64,000 nt of DNA from an uncultured Candidatus Rokubacteria bacterium (GTDB lineage Bacteria > Methylomirabilota > Methylomirabilia > Rokubacteriales > CSP1-6), in NCBI GenBank assembly GCA_963762145.1, contig CAVXJS010000014.1:192001-256000 (forward strand), read 5' to 3'. Positions 40,685 to 50,909 of this stretch are shown piece by piece. Positions within the stretch are counted from its first letter, which is position 1; each line of letters opens with the position of its first letter. The notes under the pieces were generated by a model. It saw only the letters and a list, made by a program, of their open reading frames with translations, ran no database searches and was not told where the DNA came from. Both the position numbers and the translations under genes were made by a program.

Positions 40685-41689
40685 GTGGCAGCGCCCCAGG
40701 GCATCGACGTCCACGCGCACTTCTTCCCCGAGCGCTTCCTCAAGGCGATCGAGGACGGCGGCGCCCTCTCCGGCGGCAGCATCGACCGCTCGAGCCCGGC
40801 CGGCCCGGCCATCGACGTGAAGGGTCAGCGTACGCCGCCTCTCGAGGCGCGCTACTACGACCTGGCCAAGCGCGTGGCCTCCATGAACCGGCAGGGGGTG
40901 GCCGTGCAGGCGCTCTCGCTCACCGCGCCGATGGTCTACTGGGCGCAGGCCGAGCTGGGCCGGCGCCTGGCGCGGGAGTGGAACGACGGCGCCAGCCAGG
41001 CGCACACCGCCTATCCCGATCGCTTCGTGGTCTGCGCCACGCTGCCGATGCAGGACACGATGCTGGCGCTGGCCGAGCTGGACCGGGCCGCCCGGCTGCC
41101 CGGCGTGCGGGCCGTCTACATGGGCACCAATGTCAACGGGCGCGACCTGGACGACCCCGCGTTCTTCCCGGTGTTCGAGCGCTGCGCGGAACTGGGGCTG
41201 CCGGTGGGGCTCCACCCGTTCAACGTCAACGGAGCGGAGCGGCTCAAGCCCTACTACCTGACCAACCTGCTCGGCAACCCGTACGACACCGGCATCGCGG
41301 CGGCCCACCTCATCTTCGGCGGCGTGCTGGACCGGCTGCCGAAGCTGCAGGTCATCCTGCCGCACGCGGGGGGCACGTTCCCGCTGGTGTGGGGGCGGCT
41401 CCAGCGCGGGCAGAAGGTGCGGCCGGAGGCGAACAAGGCCGCGAAGAAGCCGGTGAAGGCGTACCTGCGCCGCTTCACCTACGACACGATCAGCCACGAT
41501 CCGGGGGCGCTGCGCTACCTCATCGACACGGTGGGCGCGGACCGGGTGATGCTCGGCACCGATTTCTGCTTCGACATGGGCTACGAGCGGCCGCTCGACA
41601 TCATCCTCGACAGAGGCGTCAAGCTCTCGCGGGCCGACCAGGCGAAGGTGATCCGCGGGAACGCCGCCCGACTGCTGCGCCTCCGCTAG
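40685..41689 (+). CDS. Amidohydrolase 2 family protein (ACMSD-like)
   Basis: IDVHAH, LHP, PHAGGTFP, YDT, RVMLGTDF, GNAARLL. Confidence 0.9.
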   Translation: MAAPQGIDVHAHFFPERFLKAIEDGGALSGGSIDRSSPAGPAIDVKGQRTPPLEARYYDLAKRVASMNRQGVAVQALSLTAPMVYWAQAELGRRLAREWNDGASQAHTAYPDRFVVCATLPMQDTMLALAELDRAARLPGVRAVYMGTNVNGRDLDDPAFFPVFERCAELGLPVGLHPFNVNGAERLKPYYLTNLLGNPYDTGIAAAHLIFGGVLDRLPKLQVILPHAGGTFPLVWGRLQRGQKVRPEANKAAKKPVKAYLRRFTYDTISHDPGALRYLIDTVGADRVMLGTDFCFDMGYERPLDIILDRGVKLSRADQAKVIRGNAARLLRLR

Positions 41690-41705
41690 GGACAGGACTC
41701 GGGGC

Positions 41706-42566
41706 GTGCGCGCCGAGTTCTGGATCGCGCAGTCGTTCAACGGGCTCTCCTACGGGGCGCTCCTCTTCCTGCTCGCCAGCGGCCTCTCGCTCATCTTCGG
41801 CGTGATGCGCATCGTCAACCTGGCGCACGGCTCCTACTTCATGCTGGGCGGCTACGTCGGGCTCACGGTGGCGCTGCGCACGCAGAGCTTCGCGCTGGCG
41901 TGCCTGGCGGGGGCGGTGGCCATCGCGCTGGTCGGCATGGGCATGGAGCGCTTCTTCCTGCGGCGGCTGCGCGGCGAGACGCTCGGCCAGGTGCTGATGA
42001 CCATCGGCTTCGCGCTGATCTTCCAGGACCTGGCCCTGCTGATCTGGGGCGGCGACCCGTACACGGTGCCGATCCCGAAGCTGCTGACCGGGACCGTGAG
42101 CCTGGGCGGCGCGGTGTTCCCGATCTACCGCATCTTCATCGTGGCGGTGGCGGTGGTGGTGGGCCTGGCCCTCTGGCTCGCGATGGACCGCACGCGCGTG
42201 GGCGCGATGATCCGCGCCGCGGTGGACGACGCCGAGATGGCCCAGGGCGTGGGCATCAACGTGCCGCGCGTGTCGCTCGCGGTGTTCGCACTGGGCGCCG
42301 GGCTGGCCGCGCTGGGCGGGGTGATCGGCGGCGGTTTTCTCGGCGTGTATCCCGGCGCGGACTTCGAGGTGCTGCCCTACGCCTTCGTTGTGGTGATCGT
42401 GGGCGGGCTCGGCAGCCTGCCCGGCGCGGTGGCGGGGAGCCTGCTGGTGGGCCTGCTCGACAACTTCGGCAAGGCGCTGTTCCCCGAGCTCTCCTACTTC
42501 ACGCTCTTCGCCCCGATGGCGATCATCCTGGCCCTCCGGCCGACCGGCCTCTTCGGCCGCGTATGA
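41706..42566 (+). CDS. livH: Branched-chain amino acid ABC permease
   Basis: NGLSYG, GLSLIFGVMRIVNLAHG, VIVGGLGSLPGA. Confidence 0.9.
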   Translation: MRAEFWIAQSFNGLSYGALLFLLASGLSLIFGVMRIVNLAHGSYFMLGGYVGLTVALRTQSFALACLAGAVAIALVGMGMERFFLRRLRGETLGQVLMTIGFALIFQDLALLIWGGDPYTVPIPKLLTGTVSLGGAVFPIYRIFIVAVAVVVGLALWLAMDRTRVGAMIRAAVDDAEMAQGVGINVPRVSLAVFALGAGLAALGGVIGGGFLGVYPGADFEVLPYAFVVVIVGGLGSLPGAVAGSLLVGLLDNFGKALFPELSYFTLFAPMAIILALRPTGLFGRV

Positions 42567-43486
42567 TCGCCCGGCGCGCCGTCCTCGCCGCGGTGGTGCT
42601 CGCGATCCTCGCGCTGGTCGGCCCCTGGCTGCCGGCCTATCCGCTCACCGTGCTCACCCAGGCGCTGATCGTCGCCATCCTGGCCATGAGCCTCGACGTG
42701 CTGCTGGGCTACACCGGACTCTCCTCGCTCGGCCACGCCGCCTACTTCGGGGTGGGCGCCTACGTGGTCGCCATCATGACCACCGAGCACCAGATGGGCC
42801 TGCTCGCCTGCCTCGCGGCCGGCGTGGCGCTGGCCACCCTGACCGCGGCCGTCTTCGGACTGCTCGCCATCCGCGCCACCGGCACCTACTTCCTGATGAT
42901 CACGCTGGCGCTCGGCATGGTGATCTGGGGGCTCGCGTATCGCTGGGTATCGCTCACCAAGGGTGACAACGGCATCGCGGGCATCCCGCGGCCGACCCTG
43001 CTCGGTATCGAGCTGGCCGCGCCGGTGCCGTTCTACTACTTCTGCCTGGTGTGCGCGGCGCTGGCCTGGGTGCTGATGGGCCTGCTGGTGATCTCGCCGT
43101 TCGGCCTCGGGCTGCGCGGCATCCGCGGCAGCGAGGGGCGCATGCAGGCCCTCGGCTACAACGTGTGGCTGCACAAGTACACCGCCTTCGTGCTCTCGGG
43201 CGTCTTCGGCGGCTTCGCCGGCACGCTCTGGGCCTACTACAACGGCTTCGTGAGCCCGAACGACGTGCAGCTCGTCACCTCGGTGGAGACCCTGCTGATG
43301 GTCGCCCTCGGCGGCTCGGGCACCCTGATCGGTCCCGCGCTGGGCGCGGGGATCATCGTGTTCCTCAAGAACTTCGTGAGCGTGTACACCAAGCGCTGGC
43401 TGCTCATCCTGGGCGGCGTCTACATCGGCGTGATCCTCTTCGCCCCGTCCGGCATCGTCGGCGCCCTGCGCGGACGACGCCGCTGA
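42563..43486 (+). CDS. livM: Branched-chain amino acid ABC permease
   Basis: LLGYTGLSSLGHAAYFG, YFLMITLA, GGSGTLIGP. Confidence 0.9.
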   Translation: MIARRAVLAAVVLAILALVGPWLPAYPLTVLTQALIVAILAMSLDVLLGYTGLSSLGHAAYFGVGAYVVAIMTTEHQMGLLACLAAGVALATLTAAVFGLLAIRATGTYFLMITLALGMVIWGLAYRWVSLTKGDNGIAGIPRPTLLGIELAAPVPFYYFCLVCAALAWVLMGLLVISPFGLGLRGIRGSEGRMQALGYNVWLHKYTAFVLSGVFGGFAGTLWAYYNGFVSPNDVQLVTSVETLLMVALGGSGTLIGPALGAGIIVFLKNFVSVYTKRWLLILGGVYIGVILFAPSGIVGALRGRRR

Positions 43487-43500
43487 ACAAGGAGCCGGCC

Positions 43501-44742
43501 ATGAAGACTCGACTGATCGTCCTTCTCGCGCTGCTCGCGATCGCCGCGGCGGCCTTCTTCCCGGGCGCCGCCTCCACCCAGAGCGGGCCGATCAAGATCG
43601 GGCTGCTCGTGCCCCTCAGCGGCGCCTTCTCGGCCACCGGCAAGGACATGCTGGTCGGCGCGGAGCTCTACCTCGACGAGATCGGGCGCATCGCGGGCGG
43701 CCGGAAGATCGAGCTGATCGTGGAGGACACCGAGGGCACGCCGGCGGGCGCGCTCATCAAGGCCCGCAAGCTGGTGGACCAGGACAAGGTCCACGTGCTC
43801 ACCGGCGGGCTGCTGGCCTCGACCGGCTACGCGCTCCAGCCCTTCGTGGACGCCGGGCGCGTGCCCACCACGTTCCCGGTCATCGCCGCCGACGATCTGA
43901 CCCAGCGCAAGCCCGCGAAGTGGATCGTGCGCACCGGCTGGACCACGAGCCAGCCCATGCATCCATTCGGAGAGTGGGTCGCGAAGAACCTCAAGTACAA
44001 GCGCGTGGTCACCATCGGCATGGACTACGCCTTCGGCTGGGAGACGGTGGGCGGCTTCCAGCACAGCTTCGAGGGGAACGGCGGCCAGGTGGTGCAGAAG
44101 CTGTGGACGCCGCTCAACACCAACGACTTCAGCCCGTTCCTGGCCCAGATCCGCCGCGATACCGACGCGGTGCTGGCCCTCTTCGTCGGGCGCCTCGCGC
44201 TGCAGTTCATGAAGCAGTACGAGGACGCCGGGCTCAAGGGCAAGATCCCGCTGCTGGGCGGCGGGACCACCACCGACGAGTCGGTGCTGCCGCAGATGGG
44301 CGACGAGGCCATCGGCGCGATCACCCCGCTCCACTACTCGGCCGCGATCGACACGCCGCAGAACAAGAAGTTCGCCGCCGCGTTCGAGGCCAAGGCGGGC
44401 AAGAGCTCGTCCTACTACTCGGAGGCGACCTACACCGGGACGCGCTGGATCGTGGAGGCCATCAAGGCGGTCGGCGGCAAGGTCGAAGACCGGGACGCGC
44501 TACTGAGCGCGCTTCGAAAAGTCGAGATCAAGGACGCCCCGCGCGGGCCGATCACGGTGGACCAGTGGAACAACCCGGTGGAGACCATCTATATAAGGAA
44601 GGTGGAGAAGGTGGGCGGACGGCTGCAGAACACCGTGATCGCCACCTTCCCCGCGGTGGGCCAGTTCTACACGTACAACCCCCAGGAGTACATGAAGGCC
44701 CCGCTCTACTCGCGCGACTACCCCCCATGCAAGCACTGCTAA
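43501..44742 (+). CDS. Branched-chain amino acid-type ABC substrate-binding protein
   Basis: AAGGAG RBS, signal peptide, IKIGLLVPLSG, EDTEG, DYAFG. Ends CKHC. Confidence 0.92.
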   Translation: MKTRLIVLLALLAIAAAAFFPGAASTQSGPIKIGLLVPLSGAFSATGKDMLVGAELYLDEIGRIAGGRKIELIVEDTEGTPAGALIKARKLVDQDKVHVLTGGLLASTGYALQPFVDAGRVPTTFPVIAADDLTQRKPAKWIVRTGWTTSQPMHPFGEWVAKNLKYKRVVTIGMDYAFGWETVGGFQHSFEGNGGQVVQKLWTPLNTNDFSPFLAQIRRDTDAVLALFVGRLALQFMKQYEDAGLKGKIPLLGGGTTTDESVLPQMGDEAIGAITPLHYSAAIDTPQNKKFAAAFEAKAGKSSSYYSEATYTGTRWIVEAIKAVGGKVEDRDALLSALRKVEIKDAPRGPITVDQWNNPVETIYIRKVEKVGGRLQNTVIATFPAVGQFYTYNPQEYMKAPLYSRDYPPCKHC

Positions 44743-44875
44743 CCCGCCTCACCCTGCCCTCTCCCCCTTCGGGGGCGAGGGTTCCCCGACTTCCCCTCTC
44801 CCCTTTGGGGAGAGGGTAGGGTGAGGGGCGCGATGGTGAGGGGCCCAGTGGCGAGGGGCCCGATGGTGAGAGGCA
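44743..44875. repeat. BoxC/REP-like repeat, copy 3, with four 15-nt tandem units
   Basis: Inverted pair of CCCTCTCCC..GGGAGAGGG hairpins, then GG(T/C)GAG(G/A)GGC units at about 15-nt period inside the liv operon. Confidence 0.8.
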
Positions 44876-44879
44876 CCTA

Positions 44880-45609
44880 ATGGACCAGGCCCTCCGCCTC
44901 GACGGCGTCTGCCGCGCCTTCGGCGGCCTCCAGGCCGTGGACGGCGTGACGCTGACCGTCCGCCCGGGCGAGCGCCGCGCGCTCATCGGTCCCAACGGCG
45001 CGGGGAAGACCACGCTCTTCAACCTCATCGCGGGCGCGATGCCGCTCAGCTCGGGGCGCATCGCGCTGTTCGGGCGCGACGTGACGCACGCGCCCGCGCA
45101 CCGGCGCGCCGCGCTCGGGCTGGCGCGCACGTTCCAGATCACCAACCTCTTCCCCGATCTCAGCGTGATGGAGAACTGCCTGCTCGCGGTGCAGGCCCAC
45201 CTGCCGGTGCGCTTCTCGATGTTTCGGCCGGTGGGGCGCTACCCGGCCCTCCTCGAGCGCGCGCGCGGCGCGCTCCAGCGGCTCGAGCTGGAGAAGCTCG
45301 GCGACGCGGTCGTGCGCAACCTCTCCCACGGCGAGCAGCGCCAGCTCGAGATCGCGCTGGCCCTGGCCGGGCAGCCGCGCGTGCTCCTGCTGGACGAGCC
45401 CACCGCCGGCCTCTCGCCCGCCGAGTCCCGGCTGATGGCCGGCCTCCTGCGTCGGCTCGATCCCGAGATCACCGTGCTGATGATCGAGCACGACATGGAC
45501 ATCGCGCTCGAGCTGTCCGAGATGGTCACGGTGCTGCACTACGGCCGCGTCATTGCCGACGGGCCCCGCGAGCAGGTGAAGGCCGACCCGCAGGTGAGGG
45601 AGATCTACC

Positions 45610-45620
<11 letters not shown>
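44880..45620 (+). CDS. livG: Branched-chain amino acid ABC ATP-binding protein
   Basis: GPNGAGKTT, RTFQ, LSHGEQR, LLDEP, EHDMD. Confidence 0.9.
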
Positions 45621-46304
<684 letters not shown>

Positions 46305-46305
<1 letters not shown>

Positions 46306-47366
46306 TGAAGTTCGGGACATACTTCTTCCTGCAGGCGCCGCCGGGCCAGCGGCACGCCGACATCATCGCGCGCGAGCTCGACCAGATGGCGTGGTCGGAG
46401 GAGCTGGGCTTCGACGAGGTCTGGCTCACCGAGCACCACTTCATCGACTACGGGCTCTCGGTGGATCCGGCCACGCTGGCCTGCGCGGTGGCCTCGCGGA
46501 CCTCGCGGATCCGGATCGGCCTGGCCGCCGCCATCCTGCCCTTCCACGATCCGATCCGCTTCGCCGAGCAGATGGCGCTGGTGGACATCATCTCCAAGGG
46601 GCGGCTCGACGTGGGGGTGGGGCGGGGGAACCGGCCGTCGGAGTTCGCGGGCTACCGCATCCCGCAGGTGGAGAGCCGCGAGCGCTTCGACGAGGCCGTG
46701 CAGATCATGCTGCGCGCGTGGACCGAGGAGCGCTTCAGCTACGACGGCCGCTTCTTCCAGCTCGACAACGTGCGCGTGATCCCGAAGCCCATGCAGCAGC
46801 CGCACCCGCCGGTCTATCAGGTCTGCGTGTCGCCGGACTCGATCGAGGGCACCGCGCTGCGCGGCTGGCCCATGCTCAACTCGATCCTCTTCGGCGGCGT
46901 CGAGCAGGTCGTGGCCAGCCGCGACCGGTACGTGACGACGCTGCAGAAGGCCGGCCGGAGCCCCGCCGAGATCGCGGCGCTGCTCGCCCGCTGGGGCGTC
47001 TCGCGCCAGATCTACGTGGCGCCCACCGACGCGCAGGCACTGGCCGAGGCCAAGGACGCCGAGATGTGGTACCAGGAGTCATTCCGGAAGTTCGTCATTC
47101 CGGAGCGCATCGAGAACAGCCACCCCACGCTGCAGCCGGGCTTCCGGGCCATGGCCGAGCGGCTTTCGAAGATCACCTGGGAGGGGCTCGTGGCCGAGAC
47201 GCTCGCCTTCGGCTCGCCGGACACGGTGGCGCGGCACATCGAGCAGATGCGTCAGATGGGCGTGGGCCAGGTCCTGTGCTGGATGAACTTCGGCGGCCTG
47301 CCCGAGGACAAGGTGCGCCGCTCCATGGAGCTGTTCGCACGCGAGGTCATGCCCCGGTTCCGGTAG
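46305..47366 (+). CDS. LLM class flavin-dependent oxidoreductase
   Basis: EELGFDEVWLTEHHF, GRLDVGVGRG, PKPMQQPHPP, FAREVMPRF. Confidence 0.92.
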
Positions 47367-47373
47367 ACAACCA

Positions 47374-47493
47374 CCCCTCACCCTGCCCTCTCCCCTGAGG
47401 GGAGAGGGGGAAACGAGAATCCTCTCGCCTGAGGGGCGACGGGGAAACGAGAACCCTCTCCCCCGCCGAGGGGGAGAGGGCAGGGTGAGGGGG
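47374..47493. repeat. BoxC/REP-like repeat, copy 4 (three hairpin units)
   Basis: CCCCTCACCCTGCCCTCTCCCC...GGGGAGAGGGCAGGGTGAGGGG terminal inverted arms, with internal GGGGAAACGAGAA twice. Confidence 0.85.
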
Positions 47494-47507
47494 AACCGAG
47501 GACGCAA

Positions 47508-48272
47508 GTGGCCCACCTCTACGACACGATCGGCATCGGCTACCGCGCCCTCCGCCGCCCCGACCCACGCATCGCCGCCGCGATCGCCGAAGCCCTCGGC
47601 CCCGCGGCCTCCGTCGTGAACGTGGGCGCCGGCGCCGGCTCCTACGAGCCCGCCGACCGTCGCGTGGTCGCCGTGGAGTCCTCGCGCGAGATGATCCGCC
47701 AGCGCCCGGCCGGCGCCGCCCCGGTGATCCAGGCCTCGGCCACCGCGCTGCCGTTCCGGGCCCGCGCCTTCGACGCGGCGCTGGCCGTGCTCACCGTGCA
47801 CCACTGGCCCGATCGCGTCCAGGGCCTGGCCGAGCTGCGCCGCGTCGCCCACGAGCGCGTGGTGATCCTCACGTGGGAGCCGGATGCCGCGCATTTCTGG
47901 CTGACCGACGAGTATTTCCCCGAGCTGGTGGCGACCGACCGCGCGATCTTCCCTACGCGGGACGAGCTCGAGCGCAGTCTGGGCCCCGTCGAGCTGAGGC
48001 CGCTGCCGGTGCCGCACGACTGCCTGGATGGCTTCCTCGGCGCGTACTGGCGCCGGCCGCAAGCCTATCTGGATCCCGCCGTCCGCGGCGCGATCTCCAC
48101 GTTCGGCAAGATCGGCGACGTGGAGCCGGGTCTCGCGCGACTGCGGCGCGACCTGGAGGACGGCACGTGGACCCGCCGTCACGGCCCACTCCTGACCCGC
48201 CCCGCCCTCGACCTCGGCTACCGCCTAGCCGTCTCCCATCCCCCTCTCCCCTCTGGGGAGAGGGCAGGGTGA
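47508..48272 (+). CDS. Class I SAM-dependent methyltransferase
   Basis: YDTIG..Y...RRPDPRI, VNVGAGAGSYE, HHWPD, DGFLGAYWRRP. Confidence 0.9.
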   Translation: MAHLYDTIGIGYRALRRPDPRIAAAIAEALGPAASVVNVGAGAGSYEPADRRVVAVESSREMIRQRPAGAAPVIQASATALPFRARAFDAALAVLTVHHWPDRVQGLAELRRVAHERVVILTWEPDAAHFWLTDEYFPELVATDRAIFPTRDELERSLGPVELRPLPVPHDCLDGFLGAYWRRPQAYLDPAVRGAISTFGKIGDVEPGLARLRRDLEDGTWTRRHGPLLTRPALDLGYRLAVSHPPLPSGERAG

Positions 48273-48291
48273 GGGGCCAGAGGGTGAGGGG
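48240..48291. repeat. BoxC/REP-like repeat, copy 5
   Basis: CCCCTCTCCCCTCTGGGGAGAGGGCAGGGTGAGGGG with a duplicated AGGGTGAGGGG end. Confidence 0.82.
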
Positions 48292-49224
48292 TCACGTCCC
48301 CGCAAGCCGCGCCACGACCGGCGCAAACGCCTCCATGTCCCGCTCGAAGACGGTGAGATACGAGATACCGTACCGCTCCCGCCGCTCGCGGAGCCTCTCG
48401 CAGATCTCCTCGACGGTGCCCACCAGCAGGTAAGGGGTCTCGAGCACGACGTCGCGGGACGACTTGAATCGGGACGCGAGCTGATCCACCGCCACGCTCC
48501 GCTGATCGGTCACCGCGACCGCCTGGATCAGCGCGTTGAGCTCGAGCGAGTCGAAGCGATCCCCGGCGCCGGCGCGGACCCACTCGAGCTTCTCCCGGGT
48601 CGCGGCCGCGCTCAGGTCGGCCAGCTCGAGCCCGCCGCCGTCCCGTCTCGCCCGCAGGACCAGGCCGATGATCGTGGCCTCGCGCGCGGCGAGGGTAAGC
48701 GTGCGCCGGCCGCCGCCGCCGATCGCGATCGGCGGGTGTGGACGCTGGACCGAGGCCGGGCGGCCCTCCAGTTCGGCGATCGTGTAGTGGCGGCCGGCGA
48801 ACGTCACGCGCTCCCCGGCGAGCAGCTTCTTCACGATCGGGACCGCCTCTTCGAGCCGCTCGATCCGGGTGCCCGGCGCGTCGAAGGGAATGCCGGTCTG
48901 GTCGTACTCCTCCCGCAGCCATCCGGCGCCGAGCCCCAGCTCGAAGCGCCCGCCCGAGAGCACGTCGATGGTGGCGGCGTCCCGCGCGAGCCCCGCGGGG
49001 TGGCGGAAGTCGTTGGAGAAGACGAGCGATCCCACGCGGAGACGCGTGGTCGCCAGCGCGGCCGCGGTGAGGGCGGGGACGGGGGCGAGGTGATCGCGGA
49101 AGTGATCGGGGACGACGAGGATCGAATAGCCGAGCTGCTCGACGCGCCGCGCTCGCGCGATCCAGTCGGTACCCGCCGCGGGCGTGGGAGCGGTGACCCC
49201 GAAGCGAAACGGGCGAACGGCCAT
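48292..49224 (-). CDS. LLM class oxidoreductase, probable F420-dependent type
   Basis: RPFRFGV, VPDH, NDFRHP, GRFELGLGAGW, RERYGISY. Confidence 0.88.
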   Translation of the reverse strand: MAVRPFRFGVTAPTPAAGTDWIARARRVEQLGYSILVVPDHFRDHLAPVPALTAAALATTRLRVGSLVFSNDFRHPAGLARDAATIDVLSGGRFELGLGAGWLREEYDQTGIPFDAPGTRIERLEEAVPIVKKLLAGERVTFAGRHYTIAELEGRPASVQRPHPPIAIGGGGRRTLTLAAREATIIGLVLRARRDGGGLELADLSAAATREKLEWVRAGAGDRFDSLELNALIQAVAVTDQRSVAVDQLASRFKSSRDVVLETPYLLVGTVEEICERLRERRERYGISYLTVFERDMEAFAPVVARLAGT

Positions 49225-49227
49225 GAC

Positions 49228-50775
49228 TCACACCACCTTGTAGACGTTCACCTCTTCCACGCGACCCTTGACGCGCACCGCGGGAAGCTCCTCGAGCGCG
49301 ACCGTGCCGTCGAGCCGGCTCCGCGTGGCCTCGCTGATGAGGATGTCCACCTTGAAGTCCTTGGTGAGCCCCTGGATGCGCGAGGCCAGGTTGACCGGGT
49401 CGCCGACCAGCGCATACGAGAGGCGCTCGTGGCCGCCGATGTTGCCGGCCAGCACGGTGCCGGTGTGGATGCCGATGCCGTTGCGCAGCGGGACCCGGCC
49501 GACCGCCTCGCGGCGGGCGTTCCAGGCCTGGAGGCGCTCGCGCATCTCGAGCGCGGCGTGCACCGCCCGCCCGGCGTGGTCGCGGGCCGCGATGGGCGCG
49601 CCGAAGACCGCCTCGATCTCGTCGCCGATGAACTGGAGCACGAGGCCGCCGTGCGCGCGGATGGCCTGGTCCATCTCGGTGAAGTACTCGTTGAGGTCGC
49701 GCACGACCTGACGCGGCTCGGTGGCCTCCACCCACGGGGTGAAGTCGCGCAGGTCCGCGAAGAGCATGGTGGCCTCGATGAGCTCGCCCTCGCCGCGCAC
49801 GCGGCCGGCCAGGATCGCGTCGCGGATCTCGGGCGTGACGTACTTGCCGAAGGTCTCCTTCACCATCTCGCGCTCCCGCAGGCCGTGCAGCATGCGGTTG
49901 AAGCCCTCGGCCACCGCGCCGATCTCGTCGGTGCTCACCACCGGGGCGTGGCCGTCGAGGTGGCCCCGCTCCACCTCGGCCATCGCGGCCTCCACGTGCC
50001 GCAGCGGCCCCGCCACGCTGTTGGCGACGAACACGGACAGGCCGATCGCGGCGACGACCCCGGCCCCGACCAGGAAGAGGATGGTCAGCCGCAGGTCGTC
50101 CACGATGACCGCGGCGGCGACCGGGTCGGCGCCCACCAGGGCCACCGCGCGCGTGTAGGCCAGCATGCCCAGGACCGCGAGCGGCACGAGGCCGATCAGC
50201 AGGAGGATCGCAAGGAGCCGGACGCGCACCCTGAGCCGGGGCACGCGCTTGACCGCGCTCAGCTCGCCCGTGGGGAAGAACTCGGGCAGGCGCCGCCGCC
50301 ACTGATGCTCGCTCGCGAAGAAGATGAAGGCGACGGTCGTGCCGCCCGCGATCACGGTGTTGCCGAAGACCTGGCGCAGCGACTGATACGGGCTGAACAC
50401 GCCGGCCAGGATCGGCCAGAGAACGCCCCAGATGAGGCCGGCCATGGTCCAGCCGAGGAAGCTGAGCCCGGCGAGGAAGTAAGGAAACATGAGCGCCCGA
50501 CGGCGCACCAGATCCGCCTCGGCGGACGGCAGCGTGGCCAGCTCCGCGACGCGGTTGAGTGGCCGGGTCCAGGGGCGGCTGAGCCGGATCCCGGCCCCGA
50601 CGATCAGGGCGAAGACGATGATCGAGATGACGACGTCCATCCAGCGGACTGGCGGCAGGACCGAGCCGGCGTGGTCCACCACCCGGAAGTAGACGAAGGC
50701 GACGATCGCCCCCAGGAGGTTGCCGATGGTGGTGATCCACCGCAGCGTGAACTCTGGAGAACGTGGCTCGGCCAT
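49228..50775 (-). CDS. Membrane-bound class III adenylate/guanylate cyclase with HAMP domain
   Basis: About 6 TM segments, DEIG..GFNRM, FADLRDFT, FIGDEI, GIGIHTG, GDPVNLASR. Confidence 0.93.
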   Translation of the reverse strand: MAEPRSPEFTLRWITTIGNLLGAIVAFVYFRVVDHAGSVLPPVRWMDVVISIIVFALIVGAGIRLSRPWTRPLNRVAELATLPSAEADLVRRRALMFPYFLAGLSFLGWTMAGLIWGVLWPILAGVFSPYQSLRQVFGNTVIAGGTTVAFIFFASEHQWRRRLPEFFPTGELSAVKRVPRLRVRVRLLAILLLIGLVPLAVLGMLAYTRAVALVGADPVAAAVIVDDLRLTILFLVGAGVVAAIGLSVFVANSVAGPLRHVEAAMAEVERGHLDGHAPVVSTDEIGAVAEGFNRMLHGLREREMVKETFGKYVTPEIRDAILAGRVRGEGELIEATMLFADLRDFTPWVEATEPRQVVRDLNEYFTEMDQAIRAHGGLVLQFIGDEIEAVFGAPIAARDHAGRAVHAALEMRERLQAWNARREAVGRVPLRNGIGIHTGTVLAGNIGGHERLSYALVGDPVNLASRIQGLTKDFKVDILISEATRSRLDGTVALEELPAVRVKGRVEEVNVYKVV

Positions 50776-50909
50776 GCCGTGATTGTACCCGGCGGCTCGT
50801 CGTCGGCGTGGCTCGGCGAGGGGGGATTGCTATTGACCGCCCCGCGGGGCCCCGGGTAGGCTGGGGGGCCGCCAGCGGAGGCGGCCTCGATGCCGACGGA
50901 GACCGGGCC

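Noticed and set aside
44820-44875. 15-nt periodic repeats as a CRISPR array
   Set aside because: Units are too short, have no unique spacers and no cas genes. They derive from the end of the boxC-like repeat.
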